DNA of 64,000 nucleotides from the human T2T-CHM13v2.0 reference genome, Homo sapiens: NCBI GenBank assembly GCA_009914755.4, contig CP086569.2, positions 18,240,001 to 18,304,000 of the forward strand, read 5' to 3'. Shown piece by piece: positions 1 to 10,912 of this stretch (position 1 is its first letter; each line of letters starts with the position of its first letter). The notes under the pieces were generated by a model. It saw only the letters and a program-made list of their open reading frames with translations, ran no database searches and was not told where the DNA came from. The position numbers and the translations under genes were made by a program.

Positions 1-1477
1 TACCCTGTGGGTCTGCTGGAAGCCCATAGCAAAATTTCATGGTTACATCCCAGGCTATGATTCTCTGCTAAGATTTCAGTAAAAAGTAGGAATTTGAAGA
101 ACTTCTTTTCTAATAATGGCCACTATTGTTATCTCTCTCCTATCCCTGATGTAGCTTTCCAAATACAATTTAAGTAAAACAGTAACCTCTGAAGGAAGAG
201 AGATTGCAGAGGGCCCATGAATTAAGAGTAATTAAAAGCCAGGCATGTAAAAAAACACATTACCCTTTAAAAGAGAACTTTAAACCTAATTAAATGATAT
301 TTTTTAAATTAGAAGGTAAAAATGTCGTGTTCTTCTCAGAAAGTGAAGAAAACCTGTATGTAAGTGTAGTGAAAACATATGCATGAATGACTGTCTTAAC
401 CCATTGATTACAGAGAGTCTTTAATTTGCACTTGCTAAAAGAGTCCTAAATTGAGTTCCCCGGTTAGTGAGTCACTGTTTTCTAGACTGTCAGAATCAAG
501 TTCACAAACTTGATCAGTCTGAAAACTCAATTACAAAATTTAAGCTATTTTGCCTGTGGCTTTAAGCACATGGTTAAAGTATATTATTTGAGTCTCTGCT
601 TCTAGAGATGCTTTCAGGTTATCTTTTTAAACTTCTTGTTACTTATTTCAACTTGCCATCTTAGTGATTAATACAGTCAATTGCTAAGTTATGACCCTGA
701 TATCATCAGGATTCCTTTAAGTAAAAGGCAATTTGAAGAGTTATTGCACTTACCCATACCTAATGCTTCTGTTGTAACCAAGCGAGTTATAGAGAAATGC
801 CACACTTTGAGACTAATCCAGGAGTCCTTTATTAGCTGACAATGGAGAGATGGCTAATGCTTGAAATTCTCTCAGTCTTGAAGAAGGAGCTAGATTTTCT
901 TTTATACTTTGGTTTAGAGAGGGGATTGCTTCAGCAATCTTACAGGCAAAAAAGTTGAAAAGACAAATGTTTACAGGAAAACAAACACCTCCAGGTGTGG
1001 GGGCTTCAAATTCTTCACAAGGTGATAGGTGTGGGGGCTCTGGGTGTTATATGCCAGACATAAGTGCAGGGACTTAAGAGTACTATCACCTGAGCGAATT
1101 CCTGGGAACTATGTACATAGCTTGCCACCCTACCTTATCAATTAATTGCACTCTTTTATGAGCTGAGAGTCTGCTTGCACAAATTAAGTCCTTGAGGAAG
1201 GGGGTGGGTAAGAAGCCATTAATGTCTTGCATATGAAGGAGCTGAAAGAGAGAGCCAGTCAAGTTAATACAAGTTAGTATATCACATTTTAACACTATTT
1301 ATTGATGGATCTGGTGAATATGGAAAAGCAGCAATCTAGTACAGACCACATAATTCAATCACTCGATCTGAGTTTACTAGAACTCAGAGAGCTAAGGTTA
1401 CTCTGTTTATTTATTAAATAACCTTTACAACCTTAAGCTCTCTCTCAACTTTCCAGCCTTATGTTGCAAAAATAGCC

Positions 1478-1680
1478 ATCAATTTATGGGGTTGAGACTT
1501 ACTTACAGCACAGGGTATGAGACTTACAAATGAAAACTTTGATAACTCAGGATTTAAAATGTTGAAGAATATGGGATATCAGGGTGAAAAATGTTTGGGG
1601 AGATTTCTACAGTGAAATCCTAACCTGATATCAGTAACTGGAAAATCAGATAGAAAAGGGCTAGGACATCAGGATTTATG
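1478..1680 (+). pseudogene. Retroviral protease C-terminus and G-patch domain remnant
   Basis: Translation reads ...INLWG*DLLTAQGMRL... then MLKNMGYQGEKGLGK...KGLGHQDL, matching the glycine-rich G-patch that follows protease in betaretroviruses/HERV-K; interrupted by stops. Confidence 0.6.
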
Positions 1681-1986
1681 GCAGGGGTCATTAATATTTC
1701 TCCTCCGCCCACTGCCTCACTATTAGAATGTCTTAGTGACAAACCTATATGGGTGGATGAATGGCCCCTAACACAGGAAAAGCTAGATAAACTTTATCTG
1801 TTGGTAAATGAGCAATTGAATGCTATAGAAAAGTCCGTTAGCCCCTGGAATTCTCCAGTGTTCGTTATCCCAAAAAGGTCTGAAAGTAATAATGACTGCA
1901 GGAGTTTCAGCTCAACACTTAGAGCTAATTGCAATCATTCAGGTTTTACAGCTCACAGCTTCAGATCCTATCAACATTGTCTGTGA
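1678..1986 (+). pseudogene. Reverse transcriptase N-terminal fragment (ERV pol)
   Basis: ORF 1678-1986: [42 protein letters not shown], the conserved N-terminal RT block of HERV-K-like pol (PLTQEKL...[10 protein letters not shown]). Confidence 0.7.
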
Positions 1987-2040
1987 TTCAGCTTATGTTG
2001 TAAATGTAGCCAGTCACATAGAAACTGCTACAGTTAAAAG
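1892..2040 (+). pseudogene. RNase H fragment (ERV pol); most of RT between this and the N-terminal block is deleted
   Basis: [16 protein letters not shown] resembles the RNase H SAQRAELIAL motif; lies only ~200 bp after RT N-terminus, implying an internal deletion. Confidence 0.5.
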
Positions 2041-2052
2041 TACACTAGACCT

Positions 2053-2362
2053 GCCAGGCATGGTGGCTCATGCCTGTAATCCCAGCACTTTGGGAGGCCG
2101 AGGCAGGTGGATCATGAGGTCAAGAGATCAAGACTACCGTGGCCAATATGGAGAAACCCCGTCTCTACTAAAAATACAAAAATTAGCTGGGTGCCGTGGT
2201 GGACACCTGTGGTCCCAGCTACTCAGGAGACTGAGGCAGAATAATCACTTGAACTCAGGAGGCAGAGGTTGCAGTGAGCCGAGATTGCACCACTGCACTC
2301 CAGCCTTGGGACAGAGAGAGACTCCATCTCAGAAAAAAAAAATAAAGAAAAAAATAAAAGAA
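2053..2362 (+). mobile_element. Alu (S/Y-like) insertion into the ERV pol, with 16-bp target-site duplication
   Basis: gccaggcatggtggctcatgcctgtaatcccagcactttgggaggccgaggcaggtgg... A-rich tail; flanked by aaaagtacactagacc (2037-2052) and aaaagtacaccagacc (2363-2378). Confidence 0.9.
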
Positions 2363-2399
2363 AAAAGTACACCAGACCCAGAATTGCTTAATTTGTTTA

Positions 2400-3037
2400 A
2401 CTTATTCTCATATGCTTTATGCTACATGCCAAAGAGTTGAGATAGCTGGTCATGTACAGTGACATTGTCTGTCATCATTTGCTCATTTGGGAATATTTAA
2501 ACAATTAAAAATTGACAATGGACCTGCTTATACTAGTCATACCTTTCAAAATTTCTTACAGCTTTGGGCTATAACACATAAAACAGGAACTCCTTATAAT
2601 CCTAGCGGATAAGGCATTAAAGAATGGGCACATCAAACACTACAACGCATGTTGAAAAGACAAAAAAAGGGGGTATAGGAGGCCAGCTACCACCTCAATC
2701 AAAACTACATTTAGCCTTGTGTACTTTAAATTTTTTGACTCCTGGTAAGAATGGTGAGACTCCAGCAGAAAGACATTGGCAACTGTTAGGAGAAAAGAGA
2801 AAAGTTGGTCTGAAAGTGTCATGGAAATCCCCAGAAGAAGGACAATGGAAAGATACAGTGGATTCTCTGATGTGGGGAAGAGGGTACGCTTGTGTGTTTA
2901 CAGGAGATGGACAAACCACGTGGGTACCCTCAAGATGTGTGCAACCACAGAACAGGAGATGGAGGAACCCAGGGTGGCCAACCATGGGCCCAGTCATTCC
3001 AGTAAGAGCCATGATCCAGCTGGGCCTGAGTGCATAG
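2400..3037 (+). pseudogene. Integrase remnant (catalytic core and C-terminal SH3-like domain) of the class II ERV
   Basis: Translations TGTPYNP...G(I)KEWAHQTLQRMLK (core motif GIPYNPQSQG..ER.N.TLK) and LHLALCTLNFL...GETPAERHW...WKSPEEGQWKDTVDSLMWGRGYACV...WVPSRCV. Confidence 0.6.
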
Positions 3038-3165
3038 ATGGAGAGAAGGCTGACCAGAGTCAAGACACAGTTCTAATGCTATGTTTTCTGTAAAAGTGGA
3101 TGGACCACCAGTCAGATAATGAGGGCTGCCCAGCCTGGCCTTACATTCTTTCAATTAATACATAA

Positions 3166-3178
3166 ACAAAAAGGGGGA
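3166..3178 (+). other. Polypurine tract preceding 3' LTR
   Basis: aaaaaggggga immediately 5' of LTR start tgcagggag. Confidence 0.4.
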
Positions 3179-3179
3179 T

Positions 3180-3640
3180 ATGCAGGGAGCTGAAGGCTGA
3201 TGGGATGTGACAAATTCAGCATTCTGCTAGAGGCTATATAATCAAACAGCAAACTATTTATCATGAATGCAGGATGTGGGCAAATCCACACTGCCCTGCC
3301 AACAAAAGGTTTGCTGAGGGACATCACTCCCTGGTGCAGCTCCTTGAAGTTATCTACTGAGAAAATCAGTGCCTATTGTTCAAAGGATGAAGCTCAAGCC
3401 TTCTGTGAACCAAACGGCTGACTTACAACTACCTGACAATCACCCCCCAACTTCCTCACTATCTATTTTTCCTAATAAATACAGAGGGCTGTGTAAAGCT
3501 CAGAGCCCTTGTCCAATAGAGGTAAGGTGACCCCTGACCCCTTCTTCCAAATAAACTCCTTTGTCTCTTGTCTCTTATTACCATGTTCACCCTCTCTTTG
3601 TTCAGTCCACAAGGGTCCATGCATGTTTCATCATTTGAGG
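3180..3640 (+). mobile_element. ERV 3' LTR (family not assigned)
   Basis: Starts TG after PPT; tatataat at ~3236, aataaa at ~3476 and ~3552; truncated by or abutting the Alu at 3648. Confidence 0.45.
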
Positions 3641-3647
3641 TGGGTTC

Positions 3648-3850
3648 TTTTTTTTTTTTTGAGATGAAGTCTCACTCTGTTGCCCAGGCCGGAGTTCAGT
3701 GGCACAATCTCGGTTCACTGTAAGCTCCATCTCCCAGGTTCATGCTATTCTCCTGCCTCAGCCTCCTGAGTAGCTGGGCCTACAGGCACCTGCCACCACA
3801 ACCAGCTAATTTTTTGTATTTTTAGTAGAGATGGGGTTTCACTGTGTTGA
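3648..3850 (-). mobile_element. Alu (minus orientation, lacking most of left monomer)
   Basis: poly-T then reverse-complemented Alu right arm ...gagacggagtctcactctgttgcccaggc.../...gtatttttagtagagatggggtttcac. Confidence 0.85.
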
Positions 3851-4089
3851 GGTCAGGAGTTCTAAATCAGTATGGCCATCATGGTGAAACCCCATCTCTA
3901 CTAAAAATATAAAAAATAGATGGGTGCAGTGGTGGGATCCTGTAATCCAAGCTACTCAGGAGGCTGAAGCAGGAGAATTGCTTGAGCCTGGGAGGTGAGG
4001 TTGCAGTAAGCAGAGATTGCTGAACTGTACTCCAGCTTGAGTGACAGAGTGAGACTCCATCTCAGGAAAAAAAAAAAAAAAAAAAAAAA
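3851..4089 (+). mobile_element. Alu (plus orientation, starting near Alu position ~50) ending in long poly-A
   Basis: gaggtcaggagttc...tggtgaaaccccatctctactaaaaata...gcagtaagcagagattg...gagactccatctcaggaaaaaaa. Confidence 0.85.
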
Positions 4090-4490
4090 GATGTGACAAT
4101 TGGCATGTCTCCATGCAGTGCCAGGTGTCACTGGGGGTCAGCAGGGCTGAAGGGGCATGCAAAATACCCCAGGTTGACAATCATTGCATTGGTTATTCAA
4201 GTAGACTAAAAACTAATACAGTAGTTACAAAGTATCCTATCAAGGGGGGAAATATTGTCATCCCTGGGGAATTTCTTGGTGTCATGAATTATCTGGCTGC
4301 ACCTCAGACATACAGTATTAGAATCTCTGGGACAGTGCCCAGTGATCTGTGTTTTTCAAGCCCTCTAGACACTTCTGATATTCTCTCAAGTTCAAGACCA
4401 ATTGTGTTAGAATCATGTGCTATATAGCACTCCACACTAGTATTTTCAAGGGAGGAGAGAAGGTGGGAAGAAAAGCAAAAAGAAAATGAG

Positions 4491-4776
4491 CAAGGCACCA
4501 GGGCCTAAACCTGTAATCCCAGCAGTTTGGGGGCCAAAACAAGAAAACCGCTTGAGGCTAAGCATTTGAAACCAGCCTGGGCAACATAGCAAGACCCTTT
4601 CTTTTAAAACAAACAAGAATTAGCCAGGTGTGATGATGCATATCTGTAGTCCCAGCTACTAGGGTGGTTGAGGCAGGAGGATTTCTTGAGCTGAGGAGTT
4701 GGAGGCTGCAGTGAGCTGTGATCATGTCAGGCACTCAAGCCTGGGTGACCAAAGCAGGACCCTGTCTCTAAAACAT
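4491..4776 (+). mobile_element. AluJ-like element
   Basis: Diverged full-length Alu: cctgtaatcccagcagtttgggggcc...agccaggtgtgatgatgcatatctgtagtcccagctact... Confidence 0.85.
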
Positions 4777-4777
4777 G

Positions 4778-4835
4778 AAAGGGAGGGAGAGAGGGAGGGA
4801 GAGAGAGAAAGAGAGAAGAGTATAGGAAAAGAAAG
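4778..4835. repeat. GA-rich simple repeat (Alu tail derived)
   Basis: gggagggagagagggagggagagagagaaagagagaagag. Confidence 0.8.
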
Positions 4836-7384
4836 AACAGAAGAAGGAAAGTCAAATCAGTCCTTACAAATCCCCAGAGATTGTTTCAGTTACCTGTAGG
4901 GAATAGGTATTAGGTGAGATGAAGATGAAAATACAGTCTCCAGATTATAACTCAGTGTGTTTTGTGCTATTTATCTATAAAGTGCAGCTCTGAGTTGCAT
5001 GACTTGAGAGAAGAAAAGAGATCTGGCTTACATTTTAGTTGTCTTTGATTAAAACAATTAAGAATGCTCTGAGTCATCTGGTTTTTCAAGCCAGTACTCA
5101 CTGGCTAGAAAAGTATGTGCAATTTAATCTGTTGCATAGCTCTTCCTAAGATACATGACTAGACTATTGTTGAATGCAAAAAATAAATTTCTAAATTTAT
5201 CGACCATGAATTAGGAATTAAGTTTTCCTGGTGGAAGTGTGTATGAGATTCACTTTGCTGCTACAAAAAGTTACTGCAAACCTAGTGGCTTAAGAAAAAA
5301 CACACATTGATTCTTTCATCGTTCTGGAGGTTAGAAGTCTGAAATCAGTCTTAAGCAGCTAAATTCAAGGAGTTGGCATGGCTGGTTCTTTATGAAGTTT
5401 CCAAGGAGAATCTATTCCTTGGCTTTTCTAAATTCTGGAGTCTACCTTGACTCATGGCCATTTCTCCTGTCTTCTTTGACATTCTTGTCTATGTCTCATA
5501 AGGATCCATGTGATAATAGTAAGACCGTTTGGATAATAGAAGATGATCTCTCATCTTGACGCACTTAACTTCATGAGATCTGCGAAGGTTTTTGTCATGT
5601 AGGCTAACATACTGAGCTACCAGAAGTCAAGAAGTGGATGTCTTTGAGGAAAAAGTGATCCAATCTATTACAGAAAGTCAGATTCATCCCTTTCCTAGAA
5701 GCCACTACGAATTCAAGTACAGCACCTGCAGTTTCCTCTGGAGGTCACTGTTGATCCAAGCTGATGGTGAGGCATTTTGTTCCTAAGTCATGGTGCATTT
5801 CTACCGCATCTTTCAGGAAATCCAGACAGGCCATCCTTTGGAATAAGTACATCATGCTGTATTTCTGGCCACCACAGTCACAAATAAAAGAGAGACAGGG
5901 GCAAGGAAGAAGAAAGGAAGGAGTTGCTTGCTTTGTGATCATAGCAGCATGTTAGTGATGCATTTCAAGTTTGTGACAATGATTATAATCAAAGGTATAG
6001 ATGTGAGAGCCTCCACCCTAATCATAGTTAGGTTATTTACTATCCCAGGCAAAGTGCCATAATCTCCTTGGGCTTTCATTTCCTCACAAGTAAGATGGGG
6101 ATAAGAGTCACTTGAGGATGTCATTGTTGTGATTTAATGAACTAATGAAAGGAAAATCTTTAACAAGGTGTCTGTAACCTTGTAAGCAGTCAAGAAATGA
6201 ATACCATTTTTTGTTTTTTGTAGGGATTTAAATGCCACCAACTCAAGCTGTCATATCTTTGCTGTTTATTATTCACAATTTATTATTAGAACATTGCTTT
6301 CAAGTGCCTTCGAAGTAGTAGGTCTTTGCAATAAAAATAGTAGCAAGCCTCAGTGACTGATCTCAACAGGTAAGTTCCTGATAAAAAAAGATCAGAGTAG
6401 ATTTAATTAGGAAACATTCATGCACCAGTCATATTCCATGGGCTTGTAATTGAACTGGAAGTAAAGGAAAATATGTAAACTGTCTTCCTGCATCGATTGC
6501 ATGTCTCCAACAGCCAAGCTCACGAAGGATTTTCTTCTGGGAATTACATTTGCAGTAAGGAGATCTGGAGCTCATACTGTGCAAAAGTATGCACCCAGCC
6601 TCCATTTCATCCTACAGACCGCACCTACTTCAGGGACAACATTTTACACACCCTAGGTGGAGAGGGAATTACTTTAAAATAAAACTTACATGCTTCCATT
6701 AATAAAGCAATGTAACTTCACATAAAAAATCTGTAAAATTGCCATTACAGAGAAGAAAACAGATTTTTTCAGCATTTCTTTACTAAATCAACAAGATGTA
6801 TTAGTTTACACATTTTATTATATTTATCTTTAGCAATGTTTATCTCATAATTTGCATAATGCAGAGGATACAAGCCCTCTATGAAGAAAGACATAAAGAG
6901 GAACTTAATGATGGTAAAATTTCCCAGTAGTCGTTTTATTTTTTGTCTTCCTGGTCTACTTTTCCAATTATGGAGGTCATTTTTGTAATTTAAATTATCC
7001 AATGAAAAAAGTATGACTCCACTTTCTTATGAATGGTGAGGCTTTCCTCATTTTAAGAAATATGGATTAAGCACCTACAAGCACCCAGACTGTTTCAGAT
7101 GTCAAGGACAAGAATAAGCAGCTTACTCATCAGTTTCAAAGGGAAATTGCAATACTCTCCAATTTCAGTATTCAGTCCTTTACTTGGCTTCCTTAATAAA
7201 TGATGATATATTGTTTCTAATATAAGCTCCTTTAAAGACTCGTTACTATTTCTGCAGGAAAAAAGCAAAACAAACAAATAAACAAAACAATGGACAATAA
7301 AATCTCTTTTAATGCTTTTTTATTTTTATAATTTATCTTTATATTAAGGGAGAAAGAGAATTTCAATTTGTTTATTTGTTTTAG

Positions 7385-7660
7385 TCATTACTGCCTTATA
7401 TATCTGAAAGGTGTAAGGTTAGCTGAAAGAAAGGACAAGAGAGAGAGGGACCCAAGGTGAGGCAATTAAGTTTATTAACCTGCTGGGCTGCTCCACCATA
7501 GTTAGAGATAGCCCTGAGCTTACAAAATGAGGGATTTATATGGGAGAGGGAGACCCTGGGGTTGTTTGTCAGTTAACTTTACCACATATCATCTCATGAT
7601 CAGATTATAGTGTATTATGTTGTGTAAATAATATTTACAAGAGGGTGTAACTTAGATTTA
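7385..7660 (-). mobile_element. Possible LTR-like block (3' LTR of the older ERV?)
   Basis: On minus strand: tataaa followed ~70 nt later by aataaa and cttaattgcctcaccttgggtcc; not LTR12-like. Confidence 0.3.
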
Positions 7661-8159
7661 CCCACATTTCTCATGACCTCCCCTGTGCTGCCTGGAAGGC
7701 TGTAATAGCAAGCCTGGTGACCTTGCTGTGGTGCCTAGATAAGGGTTCAGGAATGCAGCAGTAGAGAATTCAGGGTAAGGGTCAGCTGCATTCTTGGGGG
7801 TGGGAGGTTCCTGAGGCAGTTTCTCCCTAACATTCCAGCCTTTTAATAGATAATAGTCTTCTATTAAGGTCACCCAAATGGCCAAATTTAAATGGCTTGT
7901 CCATTTTTCAGGATGCCCAAAGGTCATCACCAGCTCTTTAGTAACCAAACATTCAGGATTTTGTAATGGCAGACATATGAGTCTTATGACCATTCAATGG
8001 GGTGCCATTGTCATCTGGATGCTTCTTTCTGGATAGGGGTGACAGTTGTTGGGAGAGGCTGGGTGGTAGGGACTGCCAGCCCAGGAGTTAAAGAACCACT
8101 GGAGTGAGGAGTCCAAAAGGTGCTGCATGATTTCAGTAGCCTTTTCATTTAACCACTGG

Positions 8160-8700
8160 GCCGCATCTCATACTAGTCCTGACTTGTTAGTATAGAAACA
8201 GCAATCTTCTAAAGAGATGCACAGTCCGCCTTTTTCAGCAGTGAGGAGATCTAAACCTTGATGGTTTTGAAGTGTCACTGCTGCTAAAGAGTCTATTTGG
8301 GATTGGAGAGTAAGGATTGATTTAGCTATGTCTTACAGGCTGTCTGAGAGATCTTTTGAGAGAGCCTGATAGTAGTACAAGGAAGTGGACAAGGCTGCTA
8401 TCCCTGTTCTTGTTGCAGTGGTAATTCCTAGTACTACAAGCAGGGGTATTAGCTGTATGGCTCTGCATTTATGGTCTTGAGCTTTAATAGGGACTGGTAA
8501 ACCCTGGTTTCCTGGGAAAATGTCAATTTTGGGGCTTAAGGAGACCAGGGTGGAGGTGCCAGTCCATTTGGGGGCAGACATAGGTTGAAGTTCCACACAA
8601 GAAAAATACACCCTGGCTGGGCAGAGAGAACTGGTTGTGTATATTGAAAAGGTGTGTGAGTTTATTGTTTTTATTTTCCCACACACATAGAATGCTGGCT
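8160..8700 (-). pseudogene. env transmembrane subunit remnant (older ERV copy)
   Basis: ORF 8333-8686 (minus): ...PIKAQDHKCRAIQLIPLLVVLGITTATRTGIAALSTSLYYYQALSKDLSDSL, gamma-type TM N-terminus similar to HERV-W env (TGSAALGKSLEYYHKLSQEL). Confidence 0.6.
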
Positions 8701-9776
8701 AAGGTGGCTCCAGTAAGTGGCTGAAAAGGAGTTTTAGGGGTCATTTGAGTGGCTCCTTGTGTTTTATTCTCCCATTGGAGAAATAATCATTTTGTGTCTA
8801 CTAGAGTTATTCAGAGGAGTAATTGCAAGAGAGTATACTTAGGCATTTGGCAAGGAGAAGAGACAGGCTACAAGGGGTCTATGGGTGAATGGTCATACAG
8901 CTCATATGTCTGCCATTACAAAATCCTGAATGTTTGGTTACTAAAGAGCTGGTGATGACATTTGGGGGTCCTGAAAAATGGACAAGCCATTTAAATTTGG
9001 CTGTTTGGGTGACCTTAAAATGTTGGTGGTACTTTGAGGCCTGAAGCTCTAAGGTATAGTTACATTGATGGGATACTAGATGACCTAAAGGCAGACCTGA
9101 GGACAGGTTGTGTTGAATACACACGAGTCTTGAAAAGTTAGACCGGTGTTGGTGGACATAGGGCCGTGAATGGGCTGTTATTACTTGTATATTAGATAAG
9201 ATTGGAGATATAGGAGTATAAAAGTTGTACTTTGTGCCCTGTCAGAGTGTTTTTTTGTCATGTCTATGACAGAAAATTTGGCTAGTGACTGCATGTCTAA
9301 AATTTGGAATGGGTTTTTCCTTCATAACGGGGGTGATAAGTTAATTTAGTAAAAACCCAGTTTTTTGAGGGAACGGGGTTGGCAACATAGGTGGTAGTTG
9401 ATAGGGAAATGTAGAGCTAGCAGTCTTTTTGTAGGATGGGGTTGGACTGGTTTAGTAGGGAGTGAGTTAAGGGTCTTACAGAGGTAGTTGTGTACTATTG
9501 GAAGGGTAGGTGTGGCTATGTGGGGCAGCTAAAGGAGTAGGAGAGGTAGATAGACAGAGTGAGTGGAAAAGTAAATAAGTGCATTTCATCTGGGGAAAAG
9601 TCGCATAGGGGGCTTGGAAGATACCGTCATCTATCCACTCTAAAAGATAGTTGAGAATGGGAGTTTGGGGATGAAACCAGGAGATGTCTTGGCAAACAGA
9701 GGTGAGGAAGAGGGTGAAGTGGCAAGGTAGGCAGGAACAGGGCATTTGAGAGAAATTGGGAAAGTACTTGTGATTG

Positions 9777-10912
9777 TCAGGAAGAGAAGGAAGAGTCTGG
9801 GTATTGTTCAGAGGTCTTCTTCAGGATGGACGTGAGACGGAGTTTGGATGGGCTAAGGAGAGTACTGAAGAATGGATGGAGGATGGCAGTGAGTGGGTCA
9901 GTGGGTGCTTCGGGGGCTCTTTTTAATCTGGAAAGATGGTACCAAGCAATATGACCTGAAAGTTTAGCTGCAGTGGGGGTAGTGAGAAGAACTTGAAAAG
10001 GGCCTTCCCACTTTGGTTCAAGGATTGTTGGTTTAAGAGCTTTTAGGAAGACATGCTCTTCTGGAATGAGGGTTTGGTTCGTGGGGCCTTCATCAGGTTT
10101 TGGGATGGCCTGGTTATCTTGTTCGTGGAGGAGATGACAGATGAAGGAGAGTGTTGAGAGGTGTTCTCCTAGCTGAGAGTTAGAAGAGTGCCTGTTTTGT
10201 AAGAGGAAAGGGTGTCCATACATTATCTCATATGGACTGAGGAAGGAGGGTGTTTTGGACTGGCTCTGATGTGAACCAGTGCTATGGGCAAAAGGCAGGT
10301 CTATGCTTTTTGGACCTCAAGAGGGGGTTTGGTTAACTAAGCCTTAAGAATCCCGTTTGCCCTTTTGACTTTTCTGAGTGACTGGGGTCGATATGGGATA
10401 TGGAGGCGCCACTGGATGCTGAGGGACTAAGAAACCTGTTGGGTGATTTGGGAGATGAAGCTAGGGCCATTGTCTGATTGTGTGGAGCTAGGAAGGTCAA
10501 ATCTAGGGACGATTTCCATCATAACAATTTGGGAGACTTCTGCAGCCTTTTCTGAAGAGGTAGGAAATGATTCTACCCACCTAGAGAAGGTGTCTATAAG
10601 AGTAAGAAGAAATTTTGTCCTCTTGATGGGAGGCATGTGGGTGAAGTCTACATCCCACTCCTTCCCTGGGAGAGTTCCCCTGAGGTGATGTGTAGGGATA
10701 GGGGAAGAGTGGAGGGCCCCTTGGGAGAAAATAACAGAGCATAGACAACAGTTTGAGGTTATAGATCTTAGTGAGATGAATAGATGTGTGGAGGAAAAAT
10801 AAGGGTGAAGGAGTAGGTACAGGGGGCACACACTGATATGGAAGGATTGGTGAAGAGATGTCAGAATTTCTTTAGTTTGCTCTTGGGGGAGGATGAGCTT
10901 TTGATTTTTCAC
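9777..10912 (-). pseudogene. Integrase remnant (older ERV copy)
   Basis: ORF 10427-10912 (minus): TKFLLTLIDTFSRWVESFPTSSEKAAEVSQIVMMEIVPRFDLPSSTQSDNGPSF (core); ORF 9777-10223 (minus): LEPKWEGPFQVLLTTPTAAKLSGHIAWYHLSRLK (C-terminal domain). Confidence 0.7.

Larger units (their letters stand above)
1..3640 (+). mobile_element. Internally deleted class II (betaretrovirus-like, HERV-K superfamily) endogenous retrovirus: pro(G-patch)-RT-RNaseH-IN-PPT-3'LTR; extends left of the window start
   Basis: Ordered pol-derived translations on + strand (protease end + G-patch, RT N-terminus, RNase H motif, integrase core and C-terminal domain) followed by purine tract and LTR-like block with TATA and AATAAA; env absent (IN runs almost directly into PPT). 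Confidence 0.6.

Noticed and set aside
10427-10912. 161-aa minus ORF that might look like a host integrase-domain gene
   Set aside because: It sits in correct order within an ERV pol remnant (RNase H upstream, integrase C-terminus and env downstream) and is interrupted by stops on both sides; an ERV pseudogene, not a domesticated gene as far as sequence shows.
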